NCBI RefSeq assembly: GCF_045037415.1
Contig: NZ_CP173438.1
From: Escherichia coli
Lineage (GTDB): Bacteria; Pseudomonadota; Gammaproteobacteria; Enterobacterales; Enterobacteriaceae
DNA: 64,000 bases
Direction: 5' to 3' (one strand)
Of the stretch, positions 20,971 to 34,276 are shown in pieces. The notes below the pieces were generated by a model. That model was not told the DNA's origin, ran no database searches, and saw nothing but the letters and a program-made list of their open reading frames with translations. Position numbers and translations under genes: made by a program. Every line of letters begins with the position of its first letter. The first letter of the stretch is position 1.

Positions 20971-22365
20971 TTACGGTTCCCAGCGCAGTTCGTCGTTTGA
21001 CAATGCGTCGAACGGTTCGACAAGCGTTAGCGTGATCTCATTGGAGGAGACACGCTGCCCCTGGTTATCTTCCACCACTACAGACAATCGCCAGTGATTG
21101 CTCGCCCCTTCCCCGTTCTGCCAGTCAGGCATGATCAGCGTCCAGCCCTCCTCACTGTTGGCTTGTGCGCCCGGCGTCAAACTTAATATCTGCGTATCGC
21201 CCTGCCAAATCAGTTGCCGAATACCGTAACGACTGCGGATTTGTAATTTCAGCGGCACTGTTTCGCCAGGTTTTAGATCCCACGGCGGTGTCGCCAGAAA
21301 CACCGTTAACGTTTTTCGCTGTCGGTACTCAAGAGTCGGAAGATTATTTCGCTGCGGATTGTCATAGCGACTACCACGTAACGACTGACTTTCGACAACC
21401 TCGCCCGCAGAAAGTTGTTTTTTGAGCGGTACACCAAAGCGGTAGTTAAGATTCAGCCCGAGGTTATTTTGATTCTCGCCACTTTCACCCTGTTTATGCT
21501 GGGCCGTCACAGTGACTAAGGGCACAGGGGTGTAATTTAATCCCAGACTCAACGCGACGGGATTGTGATAACCCGTACCAGAGTTAAACAAATCGACACG
21601 ATCACCAAAATACTGTTCTACGCTGACACTGGTATTGAGGTGTTGATAGAACGGCATGCGCATCCGGGCTGTCAGGTCGTACCCGCGCGCCATCCGTTGT
21701 TCCTGCGTGGCAGTCTGTTCATGCCATGCAGCAAACGGCTGATAAAAGTTTGCCGATAGTCGCAAATATTCGCCCCACGCTTCAGCGCCAAAGCCCGCTC
21801 GCTGAAGATTTTCGTCCAGCAAGTTGTCATAAAAAGTGTTATAACCCACCAGCCAGCTGCCGCGCGCCCAGCGTTGCCCAACGCCCACATTGCTCACCAG
21901 CCCATCATCCTGCTGAGTAAGACCAAGCTGGCTCCAGGTGAGATAACGATCATTATCTTGTAACGGCACAAACCAGCTTCCACGACTGCCGGTGAAATGT
22001 CCTTCGTTATCCACTTTGACGTCAACACTGGCATTTCCCCACGGTGATAGCCAGGACTCTACGTGCTGATTAACCTGTTGACTAAGCGCATCGCGGACTT
22101 TTCCCAATGCGAAAGCTTTTGCCTGCTCGCCAGTATCCAGCCCGTTATCATTCATACTGGTTTCGCCGAAATCTTTCACAATTTCAGCAAAGTGTTTTTC
22201 CCCATCATGATGTTCAGGTGCCATGCCTAAATCCGGCAGACCATCATTGCTATTCTCAAAGTGATTTGCCGCTTTTTGCTCGAAGGTAGATTGTGCGTTA
22301 GCTGTACCGCCTGCCGCCAGCAAGAGTAAATAAAACGGAATAATGCGAGGAACGAAACGGCTCAA
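20971..22365 (-). CDS. ychO: Inverse-autotransporter (invasin/intimin-like) outer-membrane protein YchO
   Basis: 464 aa. Has a signal peptide with ...GGTANAQ and a beta-barrel-like alternating sequence. K-12 synteny between narL and ychN. Confidence 0.88.
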   Translation of the reverse strand: MSRFVPRIIPFYLLLLAAGGTANAQSTFEQKAANHFENSNDGLPDLGMAPEHHDGEKHFAEIVKDFGETSMNDNGLDTGEQAKAFALGKVRDALSQQVNQHVESWLSPWGNASVDVKVDNEGHFTGSRGSWFVPLQDNDRYLTWSQLGLTQQDDGLVSNVGVGQRWARGSWLVGYNTFYDNLLDENLQRAGFGAEAWGEYLRLSANFYQPFAAWHEQTATQEQRMARGYDLTARMRMPFYQHLNTSVSVEQYFGDRVDLFNSGTGYHNPVALSLGLNYTPVPLVTVTAQHKQGESGENQNNLGLNLNYRFGVPLKKQLSAGEVVESQSLRGSRYDNPQRNNLPTLEYRQRKTLTVFLATPPWDLKPGETVPLKLQIRSRYGIRQLIWQGDTQILSLTPGAQANSEEGWTLIMPDWQNGEGASNHWRLSVVVEDNQGQRVSSNEITLTLVEPFDALSNDELRWEP

Positions 22366-22374
22366 AACGTCGGT

Positions 22375-22532
<158 letters not shown>

Positions 22533-22549
22533 GAATACAGGAGTAAATA

Positions 22550-22903
22550 ATGCAAAAAATCGTGATCGTTGCCAATGGCGCACCTTACGGGAGCGAATCC
22601 TTGTTTAACAGCTTGCGGCTGGCCATTGCGTTACGAGAGCAGGAGAACAATCTGGATCTGCGTCTGTTCCTGATGTCTGATGCGGTCACAGCCGGGTTGC
22701 GCGGGCAAAAACCAGGGGAAGGCTACAACATTCAGCAAATGCTGGAGATCCTTACCGCTCAGAATGTACCGGTGAAATTGTGCAAAACCTGTACCGACGG
22801 GCGCGGGATTAGTACACTTCCTCTGATTGATGGGGTGGAAATCGGTACTCTTGTTGAACTGGCGCAATGGACGCTGTCAGCCGATAAAGTGCTCACATTT
22901 TAA
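22550..22903 (+). CDS. ychN: DsrE/YchN family protein
   Basis: 117-aa ORF MQKIVIVANGAPYGSESLFNSLRLAIAL... Confidence 0.93.
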   Translation: MQKIVIVANGAPYGSESLFNSLRLAIALREQENNLDLRLFLMSDAVTAGLRGQKPGEGYNIQQMLEILTAQNVPVKLCKTCTDGRGISTLPLIDGVEIGTLVELAQWTLSADKVLTF

Positions 22904-22946
22904 TGTTTGAGGGGGCGTCGGACGCCCCACTATGAGGGAAGTTTAC

Positions 22947-23642
22947 TCAGGCGAATCCCGGCCGTAACACACCATCCGGATAATTCTCCGCCAGCAGTTT
23001 TTTTACCGATACCAGCAAATCATTCAGCCCATCGTCCTGCATTCCCAGTTTGATAAGCTCCTGTTCCAGTGAAAACAGGTATTGTGCATTGGTTCCCAGC
23101 GGACCGCTCGCCGCGGCAATCAACGGCGCTATGACCTGAGCGCGAGTGTCAGATTCATATTCTGGATGTCGCGGGTCCATAATAAACACAATGGCGTTTA
23201 CTGTGCGTCCATCATCAAGATCAAGCTGACACCAGGTTGGCAGATAACAGCCGGTAATCATCTCACGCTTCCACAGCAGGGTTAGTTCCTGCTCCAGCGT
23301 CTCTTCTGGCAGTCGATAGGCGACGCCTGTGGTGCGTCCGCCCTCTTTCAGTGCAAGCATTCGTCCCGGCTGGTGCGCAGTCCCGCGCCCGGCGGTCAGA
23401 CGCAGGCAAAACGCGCGATGCCATCCAACCAGTGTACCGGTGCACGACTCGGTAAACTCCAGTGCCGGATTCCACATCAACGATCCATAACCGAAGATCC
23501 ACACCGGTCCCTCATCAGGTCGACAAGCCAGCGTCGCCGCCAGCGAAGCCGCCCGTTGTTCTGCTGACCATAAGAGTGATTCTTCAATGGCACCAAATGC
23601 CGTTTTACAATCGGCATTCATCAAGAAATCACGCGTTATCAC
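22947..23642 (-). CDS. chaC: Glutathione-specific gamma-glutamylcyclotransferase ChaC
   Basis: The in-frame GTG at 23642 gives the 231-aa (M)ITRDFLMNADCKTAFG... form. Contains the YGSLMWNP motif. Confidence 0.92.
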   Translation of the reverse strand: MITRDFLMNADCKTAFGAIEESLLWSAEQRAASLAATLACRPDEGPVWIFGYGSLMWNPALEFTESCTGTLVGWHRAFCLRLTAGRGTAHQPGRMLALKEGGRTTGVAYRLPEETLEQELTLLWKREMITGCYLPTWCQLDLDDGRTVNAIVFIMDPRHPEYESDTRAQVIAPLIAAASGPLGTNAQYLFSLEQELIKLGMQDDGLNDLLVSVKKLLAENYPDGVLRPGFA

Positions 23643-23790
23643 CTTACACCTCCGCCACTGCATACTTCCCTGCGACAACTTTTTGGTGTCTTCCGGACAT
23701 TTTTACTGCTCATTTTGAAACCACTAACGGGACAATATGCAATCCACGGACCACTTGCAAGGCAACACCGCACGAATAGCTTTAACTAAG

Positions 23791-24030
23791 CTACCGGTTT
23801 GACGATTTTTTATGCCATTTATCATCATCCCCTTTGGCATATTCATGCTTCACAGCAGCCCAGGCCACTTTATGCGCTGTTTCTTCGCGACTGGCGTCAT
23901 CACGCCGATCTTCTTTATCTTTATATTGATCCCATGCGCTGTTGAACGCTTCTTTATAGATATCCTGGGCATGAGACGGAAGCACGTGCTTTACGCTTTC
24001 CGGCAGATCGCTTTTCGTTTTATACGACAT
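23791..24030 (-). CDS. chaB: Cation transport regulator ChaB
   Basis: 79-aa ORF MSYKTKSDLPESVKHVLPSHAQDIYKEAFNSAW... Confidence 0.93.
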   Translation of the reverse strand: MSYKTKSDLPESVKHVLPSHAQDIYKEAFNSAWDQYKDKEDRRDDASREETAHKVAWAAVKHEYAKGDDDKWHKKSSNR

Positions 24031-24299
24031 CGTTGACTCCTTTTACAAAGTTGAACATTAAGTGTGGTCAACAATATCTACTCTTGCCAAAACATAAGAA
24101 TTTTCATGTCAGACTCTTCTTAAGAAGTGCTAAAACAAACATTGTCTAAACGTATTACTAATTTTTATGCCCAAATGAGTAAAAAACCGACAGCGGGGTA
24201 AAAATTCGTAAAATGTTACCGATATCCAGACAATTTCTGTTATTTTTCCTACCTATTTTTTACATTTTCGATAAATTCATCTGCAAAGGGATAACCATA

Positions 24300-25400
24300 A
24301 TGTCAAATGCTCAAGAGGCGGTAAAAACCCGCCACAAGGAGACTTCGCTTATTTTCCCGGTTCTGGCGCTGGTAGTGCTGTTCCTGTGGGGAAGCAGCCA
24401 GACACTACCAGTGGTCATTGCCATCAATCTTCTTGCGCTTATTGGTATTTTAAGTAGCGCCTTTAGTGTTGTCCGTCATGCGGACGTATTAGCCCATCGC
24501 CTGGGAGAACCTTACGGTTCGCTTATTCTTAGCCTTTCAGTGGTTATTCTTGAAGTCAGTTTGATTTCAGCTTTAATGGCAACCGGCGATGCCGCGCCAA
24601 CGCTAATGCGTGATACGCTCTATTCAATCATTATGATTGTTACAGGTGGGCTGGTTGGCTTTTCATTATTGTTGGGCGGACGTAAGTTTGCCACCCAATA
24701 TATGAATCTGTTTGGTATCAAGCAGTATTTAATTGCGCTGTTCCCCCTGGCGATAATCGTACTGGTATTTCCAATGGCTCTGCCTGCGGCGAATTTTTCA
24801 ACAGGTCAGGCGTTACTGGTAGCATTAATTTCTGCGGCAATGTATGGCGTATTTTTGCTGATCCAGACCAAAACGCATCAAAGTTTGTTTGTCTACGAGC
24901 ACGAAGATGACAGTGATGATGACGACCCGCACCACGGTAAACCGTCTGCCCATAGCAGCCTGTGGCATGCCATCTGGTTGATTGTCCATCTGATTGCCGT
25001 TATTGCAGTCACCAAAATGAACGCCAGCCCGCTGGAGACATTGCTCGACAGCATGAATGCGCCTGTCGCCTTTACTGGCTTCCTGGTGGCTCTGTTGATT
25101 CTGTCGCCGGAAGGTTTAGGTGCGTTAAAAGCAGTGTTGAATAACCAGGTCCAGCGCGCGATGAATCTGTTCTTTGGTTCAGTGTTGGCAACCATTTCGC
25201 TTACCGTACCTGTCGTCACGCTAATTGCCTTTATGACGGGTAACGAATTGCAGTTTGCACTTGGTGCGCCAGAAATGGTGGTGATGGTGGCCTCTTTAGT
25301 ACTGTGCCATATCTCCTTCTCCACCGGACGAACTAACGTGCTCAATGGCGCAGCGCATCTGGCACTGTTTGCCGCCTATTTGATGACGATATTTGCCTGA
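24300..25400 (+). CDS. chaA: Na+/K+(Ca2+):H+ antiporter ChaA
   Basis: The internal ATG at 24300 (MSNAQEAVKTRHKETS...) gives the 366-aa K-12 length. The upstream extension in the ORF track is AT-rich leader. Confidence 0.93.
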   Translation: MSNAQEAVKTRHKETSLIFPVLALVVLFLWGSSQTLPVVIAINLLALIGILSSAFSVVRHADVLAHRLGEPYGSLILSLSVVILEVSLISALMATGDAAPTLMRDTLYSIIMIVTGGLVGFSLLLGGRKFATQYMNLFGIKQYLIALFPLAIIVLVFPMALPAANFSTGQALLVALISAAMYGVFLLIQTKTHQSLFVYEHEDDSDDDDPHHGKPSAHSSLWHAIWLIVHLIAVIAVTKMNASPLETLLDSMNAPVAFTGFLVALLILSPEGLGALKAVLNNQVQRAMNLFFGSVLATISLTVPVVTLIAFMTGNELQFALGAPEMVVMVASLVLCHISFSTGRTNVLNGAAHLALFAAYLMTIFA

Positions 25401-25406
25401 CAGTTA

Positions 25407-25439
25407 TATCTCCTCCGATGACGGAAATCGGGGGAGATA
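25407..25439 (+). terminator. Hairpin immediately 3' of chaA
   Basis: TATCTCCTCCGAT-N7-ATCGGGGGAGATA forms a 13-bp stem with one G-U pair. There is no clear U-tract, so the assignment as a terminator is tentative. Confidence 0.4.
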
Positions 25440-25690
25440 ATATAAATTCCTGCTTATTATATTTCTTCATACTAGCTGGACAGGTTGTTAATCAGAATTG
25501 CAAGCCTGTACCACAACCTGCACGAAATGACTGCAACAGCTGTTGAAAAACCGGAATGTACTCTTTATTGCAAACATTTCAGGGATGAAGTGAAGATGAA
25601 TTGCGACGTAGTATCCACACCAAGCCGGCGTTATCCGGTGAGGCGCAATGTTGCGGGGGCTTTATCCCTGGTGGCATTGGTTGCTGGAAA

Positions 25691-25757
25691 GAGAAAACCC
25701 CCGCACGTTGAGAGGTACAACCTGACAACAGAACGGGGGCTAATCTTGAACCAGAAC
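25691..25757 (-). ncRNA. rdl: Rdl antisense RNA of the Ldr/Rdl type I toxin-antitoxin locus (ends approximate)
   Basis: The reverse strand reads ...GGTTCAAGATTAGCCCCCGTTCTGTTGTCAGGTTGTACCTCTCAACGTGCGGGGGTTTTCTC. This is a GCCCCCG/CGGGGGT stem plus a U-tract. It matches my recollection of K-12 rdl and lies in the ldr leader. Confidence 0.6.
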
Positions 25758-25804
25758 AATTCAAGAATAGCCGCAAAATGTTGTCATTACAACAAGGCGG
25801 CTAT

Positions 25805-25912
25805 ATGACGCTCGCGCAGTTTGCCATGATTTTCTGGCACAACCTGGCGGCACCGATCCTGGCGGGGATTATTACCGCAGTGATTGTCAGCTGGTGGCGT
25901 AACCGGAAGTAA
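25805..25912 (+). CDS. ldr: Ldr type I toxin peptide (35 aa)
   Basis: ATG at 25805 gives MTLAQFAMIFWHNLAAPILAGIITAVIVSWWRNRK*. It is below the ORF-track cut-off. Near-identical to K-12 LdrA-D from memory. Confidence 0.85.
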   Translation: MTLAQFAMIFWHNLAAPILAGIITAVIVSWWRNRK

Positions 25913-25961
25913 GGTGAAAACGGGCGTCAGGCTGCCGTGATGGCAATATGCGCCCGAAACC

Positions 25962-25993
25962 GGCCGCAGGGGTAACAGCCTGCGGCCTTTTTT
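25962..25993 (+). terminator. Rho-independent terminator after ldr
   Basis: GGCCGCAGG-N8-CCTGCGGCC followed by TTTTTT. Confidence 0.8.
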
Positions 25994-26060
25994 GTATCCG
26001 GCACCCATGAAAAAAGTCTTAACGCAGAACGCTAAGACTTTATTTTTCAGGCAAAAAAGA

Positions 26061-26924
<864 letters not shown>

Positions 26925-26950
26925 TTAATCTTGAGTAAAATGTCGATTAA

Positions 26951-27760
26951 TTAATGCAGCACAATATGTTTATGCGCGATGTTATTTATTTGCGCACGGA
27001 TCATTTCGCTGATCGGGTCTTCCGGACACTGTTCAACGAAATAACTTAAATCGTTCAACGCAACGTGTTCGCAATCCAGTTGCGCATAAATCAACCCGCG
27101 ATCGCGAATTTCATAGGGATCTTCCGGGTTGAATTGTAATAAAGCTTCGCTGGTGCGTAACGCCAGCTCCATCTGATTTTCTTCCATCAACGAAGCTTTG
27201 AGTGTATCCAGCAATTTGCGGATTACCTCAATGTTATCAGCTTCATCAAGGTCTTCATAAAACAGTTCCGCCGACGGGCTGATATTTCCCTTTAACCACA
27301 CATCCAGCATATGTTCGCTTAACGATTCACCGTTAAAAGGATTAATCAGCCAAATTTCGCCATCCGGACATTCAATGCGCAATATCAGCTGCGTAGGGAA
27401 AATCACCGGCAGCAGCGGCAAATCGAGACGATTCGCGACCCATAATAAAACCGCACCTAATGATACCGCACTGCCCTGTCGATTCTTTAACACCTGGTCC
27501 AGCCATAATGCATCGGAAAGACGATAAACGCCGCGTGAGGCTTTAAATCCCCAGTCGCCGTAAAACAGCGCGATCAGTTTTTCCAACTGCTCTTCTAAAG
27601 GCAGAAGCTGGCTAATTTCTTCCTTCGCCAGACTAACGAGACGCTCCAGTTCGTCGTAAACATCTTGCGAGGGAAAATCGCGGCGGATTGCTTCGCAAGC
27701 CAGGATCATGCCTTCGCACAATGGCGCTTTATTAAATTCGAAATCAGCTAACGATCTCAT
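26951..27760 (-). CDS. sirB1: SirB1 (YchA) transglutaminase-like/TPR protein
   Basis: 269 aa. K-12 synteny between kdsA and sirB2. Confidence 0.9.
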   Translation of the reverse strand: MRSLADFEFNKAPLCEGMILACEAIRRDFPSQDVYDELERLVSLAKEEISQLLPLEEQLEKLIALFYGDWGFKASRGVYRLSDALWLDQVLKNRQGSAVSLGAVLLWVANRLDLPLLPVIFPTQLILRIECPDGEIWLINPFNGESLSEHMLDVWLKGNISPSAELFYEDLDEADNIEVIRKLLDTLKASLMEENQMELALRTSEALLQFNPEDPYEIRDRGLIYAQLDCEHVALNDLSYFVEQCPEDPISEMIRAQINNIAHKHIVLH

Positions 27761-27763
27761 GAC

Positions 27764-28156
27764 TTACCCCAGTAACGGTACTTTTGTGGTGGCGAGTTTA
27801 ATGATGATGTACAGCACCACCAACGCCAGCGGGAAGGCAATAATGCGCGCCTGCTGACTGTGCATCCGACGATAATCGAGTGCAATAAAACCCAAAACGA
27901 TATAAATGATAACTCCAAACAGCTTTTCAGTCAGCCACTGTGCCTGCCCGGAAAATGGCTGGATGTGCGCTTTAGCCATCAACGCAATGCCGCTTAACAA
28001 TAACAGCGTATCGACAACCGGCGGCACAATGCGCGTCCAGCGAGCAAATGCCTGTGGATGCTTCTGATAACGTAGCCAGAAACGTAAGGTCAATAGCCCA
28101 ACAGAAAGCGCGATACTAATGAGATGAACGCTAAGCAACGTAGAAAAACTTGTCAT
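27764..28156 (-). CDS. sirB2: SirB2 (YchQ) inner-membrane protein
   Basis: 130-aa hydrophobic ORF with synteny. Confidence 0.9.
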   Translation of the reverse strand: MTSFSTLLSVHLISIALSVGLLTLRFWLRYQKHPQAFARWTRIVPPVVDTLLLLSGIALMAKAHIQPFSGQAQWLTEKLFGVIIYIVLGFIALDYRRMHSQQARIIAFPLALVVLYIIIKLATTKVPLLG

Positions 28157-28986
28157 TGATAATAGCGGCCGAGCGTTACGCGCTCGTTATCCCCATAGTC
28201 ACGGCAGGTTTCGACGTCATGATACCCCGCGAGGATAAATGCCTGTCGCACCGCTTCACCCTGCTGCCAGCCATGCTCCAGAAGCAGAAAGCCGCCGGAT
28301 ACCAGCGCGTTACGCGACTGTTCGATGATATGCACGATGTCTGCCATTCCACTGTCTGCCGCAACCAGCGCAGTGAGCGGCTCAAAGCGGACATCGCCTT
28401 GTTGAAGATGTGGGTCCTGCTCGTCAATATACGGCGGATTGCTGACAATCATCGCAAACTGCTGCCCGGCTAGCGCGCTAAACCAGTCGCTTTGCAGAAT
28501 GTGGATATTTTTGATAGCCAGATGCTGGGCATTACGTTGTGCCAGGGCGACAGCATCGGGCATACGATCTACAGCGATAATTTCGCAGTCCGGGCGCTCG
28601 CTGGCAAGCGCAAGCGCAATCGCCCCGGTACCCGTTCCGAGATCGAGAATACGGCAAGGTTGTTCAGGCAACCGCGCCAGTGCCTGCTCCACCAGACACT
28701 CCGTATCCGGGCGCGGAATTAAGGTCGCTGGCGAAACAAATAACGGCAACGACCAGAATTCTCGCACCCCGGTTAAATGAGCAATGGGTTCACCATCGCG
28801 ACGACGCGTCAGTAGCGCATCAAGTTGCTGACATTGTTCGTCAGTCAGCTGCGTTTCACCAAAGGCGAGAATAAAAGTACGCCCTTTGCCGGTAACATGC
28901 TCCAGCAGGATTTCAGCATCACGCCGCGGGCTTTCGCTCGCCTGAAGTTGGCTTATTGCTTCACGTAACCAGTGTTGATATTCCAT
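28153..28986 (-). CDS. prmC: Release-factor glutamine N5-methyltransferase
   Basis: 277 aa. Contains the NPPY motif (IVSNPPYI) and the SAM motif LDLGTGTG. Overlaps the prfA stop. Confidence 0.96.
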   Translation of the reverse strand: MEYQHWLREAISQLQASESPRRDAEILLEHVTGKGRTFILAFGETQLTDEQCQQLDALLTRRRDGEPIAHLTGVREFWSLPLFVSPATLIPRPDTECLVEQALARLPEQPCRILDLGTGTGAIALALASERPDCEIIAVDRMPDAVALAQRNAQHLAIKNIHILQSDWFSALAGQQFAMIVSNPPYIDEQDPHLQQGDVRFEPLTALVAADSGMADIVHIIEQSRNALVSGGFLLLEHGWQQGEAVRQAFILAGYHDVETCRDYGDNERVTLGRYYQ

Positions 28987-30068
28987 TATTCCTGCTCGGA
29001 CAACGCCGCCAGTTGGTCGGCCTGATGTTCCTGGATAATCGGTTCAATCAGCATATCCAGCTTACCTTCCATCACTTCATCCAGGCGGTAGAGCGTCAGG
29101 TTGATGCGGTGATCGGTAACGCGCCCCTGCGGGAAGTTGTAAGTACGGTTACGGTCGCTGCGATCGCCACTCCCCAGCAGGTTACGACGGGTAGACGCTT
29201 CGGCCTGTTGCCGTTTTGCCATTTCAGCAGCGTGGATGCGAGCACCGAGTACAGAAAGTGCTTTAGCTTTGTTTTTATGTTGTGAACGTTCGTCCTGACA
29301 TTCAACAACAATCCCGGTCGGCAAGTGAGTAATACGAATTGCCGAATCGGTGGTGTTAACGTGCTGACCACCCGCCCCTGACGAGCGGAAAGTATCTATG
29401 CGCAAATCTGCTGGGTTGATGTCCGGCAGTTCTGCATCAGGCAGTTCTGGCATTACCGCAACGGTACAAGCAGAAGTATGAATACGACCCTGCGATTCCG
29501 TAGCAGGAACACGCTGCACGCGATGACCGCCAGATTCGAATTTCAAACGACCATATACACCATCACCGCTAATTTTGGCGATGATCTCTTTATAACCACC
29601 ATGTTCACCCTCGCTGGCGCTCATGATTTCTACACGCCAGCGGCGGGCTTCGGCGTAACGGCTGTACATACGGAACAGATCGCCAGCGAACAGCGCCGCT
29701 TCGTCGCCGCCGGTTCCGGCACGGACTTCGAGGAAGGCGTTACGTTCGTCATCAGGATCTTTTGGTAGTAACAGAACCTGTAATTGCTGTTCCAGTTGCT
29801 CGCTTTTTTCTTTAGCTTCGCGCAGTTCATCCTGCGCCATCTCACGCATTTCAGGATCGTCAAGCATCATCTGTGCGGTTTCGATATCTTCCTGAACCTG
29901 TTGCCAGTCGGTAAAACAGCGCGAAACATCACTTAACTGCGCATATTCGCGTGATAATGCGCGAAAACGTTCCTGGTCGGCGATAGTTTGCGCGTCACCC
30001 AGCAACGCCTGAACTTCTTCATGGCGTTCATGCAGGGCTTCCAGTTTGGCAACGATAGAAGGCTTCAT
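28986..30068 (-). CDS. prfA: Peptide chain release factor 1
   Basis: 360 aa. Contains the GGQ motif (SGAGGQHVN) and the PAT-type tripeptide context (RVPATES). Confidence 0.97.
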
Positions 30069-30109
30069 AGGCGTAAATGCACCCTGTAAAAAAAGAAAAT
30101 GATGTACTG

Positions 30110-31366
30110 CTACTCCAGCCCGAGGCTGTCGCGCAGAATATTCAGGCGTTCGTTATCCCCGTCACGGGCGGCCTGTTGAAGTGATTTTGTTGGCGCATGG
30201 ATCAAGCGGTTAGTCAGTTTCCATGCCAGATCCTGCATAATGGCTTGTGCGTCGCCGCCCTGCTCAAGGGCCGCTAACGCTTTGGCGGTTAACTCATCGC
30301 GAACGTGCTCTGCCTGGCTGCGATACTCGCGAATAGTTTCGCTGGCGCTTTGTGCACGCAGCCACGCCATAAATTCGCTGGTTTCCTGAGCGACAATAGT
30401 TTCCGCCTCAACCGCTGCGGCTTTACGCTGCGCCAGGTTGTGCGAAATGATGCTTTGCAGATCGTCCACGCTATAAAGATAAGCATTCGCCAGTTTGCCA
30501 ACTTCCGGCTCAACATCGCGCGGAACAGCAATATCCACCAACAGCATTGGTTGGTTGCGACGGCTTTTTAATGCGCGCTCCACCATGCCTTTCCCGATAA
30601 TCGGTAACGGGCTGGCGGTGGAACTGATGATGATATCGGCTTCGCGCAGACGTTCGTCGATATCACTCAGGGCAATAATTTCCGCGCCGACTTCATCTGC
30701 CAGAATTTGGGCACGTTCGCGAGTGCGGTTGGCGATAATCATCTTCTGTACTTTGTGTTCGCGCAGATGACGCGCCACCAGCTCGATGGTTTCGCCCGCA
30801 CCCACCAGCAGTACTGTCACCGTAGAGAGCGATTCAAAGATCTGCCGCGCCAGCGTACAAGCCGCAAAAGCGACAGACACAGCACTGGCACCGATATCTG
30901 TTTCAGTGCGAACGCGTTTCGCCACAGAGAAAGATTTCTGAAACATGCGTTCTAGTTCGCTGGCCTTCATATGACCTTTTTGCGAATCGGCAAACGCTTT
31001 TTTAACCTGACCGAGGATCTGCGGCTCGCCAAGGACGAGAGAATCAAGCCCACTGGCAACGCGCATTAAATGACTGACCGCATCGTTATCCTGATGCCAG
31101 TAGAGGCTATTACGCAGATCGTCTTCGTTGAGATTATGGTAATCACACAACCAGCGAATGAGCGCCTCTTGCAGGTCATCCCGTTCTTCAACGCTGAGAT
31201 AAAGTTCTGTGCGGTTACACGTCGACAGCACCACGCCGCCCTGCACCATCGGCTGCGCGAGCAGACTGTCAAGCGCCTGATCGAGCTTATCCGGCGAAAA
31301 CGATACACGTTCTCGCAGCGATACAGGTGCCGTTTTATGGTTGATACCGAGTGCTAAAAGGGTCAT
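30110..31366 (-). CDS. hemA: Glutamyl-tRNA reductase
   Basis: The internal ATG at 31366 ([19 protein letters not shown]...) gives the 418-aa K-12 length. The longer track ORF is an upstream read-through. Confidence 0.95.
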
Positions 31367-31510
31367 GTCTGCGGGAAATAATACCAACGTTGATAGGGTT
31401 AGTCTGCTTGCATCATACAGGATGCGTAAGATCAATAAAAGAGAGCGCCCCCTTTTGGAGTAATTGCCGAAAGCCGTTAGATTCTGGCAATTAAGACAAC
31501 GTGAACATAG

Positions 31511-32202
<692 letters not shown>

Positions 32203-32203
<1 letters not shown>

Positions 32204-33054
32204 TGCGGACACAGTGGCCCTCTCCGGCAAAACTTAATCTGTTTTTATACATTACCGGTCAGCGTGCGGATGGTTACCACACGCTGCAAACGCTGTTTCA
32301 GTTTCTTGATTACGGCGACATCATCAGCATTGAGCTTCGTGACGATGGGGATATTCGTCTGTTAACGCCCGTTGAAGGCGTGGAACATGAAGATAACCTG
32401 ATCGTTCGCGCAGCGCGGTTGTTGATGAAAACTGCGGCAGACAGCGGGCGTCTTTCGACGGGAAGCGGTGCGAATATCAGCATTGACAAGCGTTTGCCGA
32501 TGGGCGGCGGTCTCGGCGGTGGTTCATCCAATGCCGCGACGGTTCTGGTGGCGTTAAATCATCTCTGGCAATGCGGACTAAGCATGGATGAGCTGGCGGA
32601 AATGGGGCTGACGCTGGGCGCAGATGTTCCTGTCTTTGTTCGTGGTCATGCCGCGTTTGCCGAAGGCGTTGGTGAAATACTAACGCCGGTGGATCCGCCA
32701 GAGAAGTGGTATCTGGTGGCGCACCCTGGTGTAAGTATTCCGACACCGGTGATTTTTAAAGATCCTGAACTCCCGCGCAATACGCCAAAAAGGTCAATAG
32801 AAACGTTGCTAAAATGTGAATTCAGCAATGATTGCGAGGTTATCGCAAGAAAACGTTTTCGCGAGGTTGATGCGGTGCTTTCCTGGCTGTTAGAATACGC
32901 CCCGTCGCGCCTGACTGGGACAGGGGCCTGTGTCTTTGCTGAATTTGATACAGAGTCTGAAGCCCGCCAGGTGCTAGAGCAAGCCCCGGAATGGCTCAAT
33001 GGCTTTGTGGCGAAAGGCGTTAATCTTTCCCCATTGCACAGAGCCATGCTTTAA
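32203..33054 (+). CDS. ispE: 4-diphosphocytidyl-2-C-methyl-D-erythritol kinase
   Basis: 283 aa with the GHMP kinase motif [14 protein letters not shown]. Confidence 0.97.
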
Positions 33055-33078
33055 GCCGGGCAAGCTGAGTTTCGGTGA

Positions 33079-34152
<1,074 letters not shown>

Positions 34153-34169
34153 TCGAACCCGGCTCAAAG

Positions 34170-34191
34170 ACCCGCTGCGGCGGGTTTTTTT
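34170..34191 (+). terminator. Rho-independent terminator after prs
   Basis: ACCCGC-TGCG-GCGGGT followed by TTTTTTT. Confidence 0.85.
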
Positions 34192-34276
34192 GTCTGTAAT
34201 ATCCATTTGTATGACCTATGCCTCCTTCACCTGCCATTTAGTTGACAGATGATGCGCTCACGGATGAAACATTATT

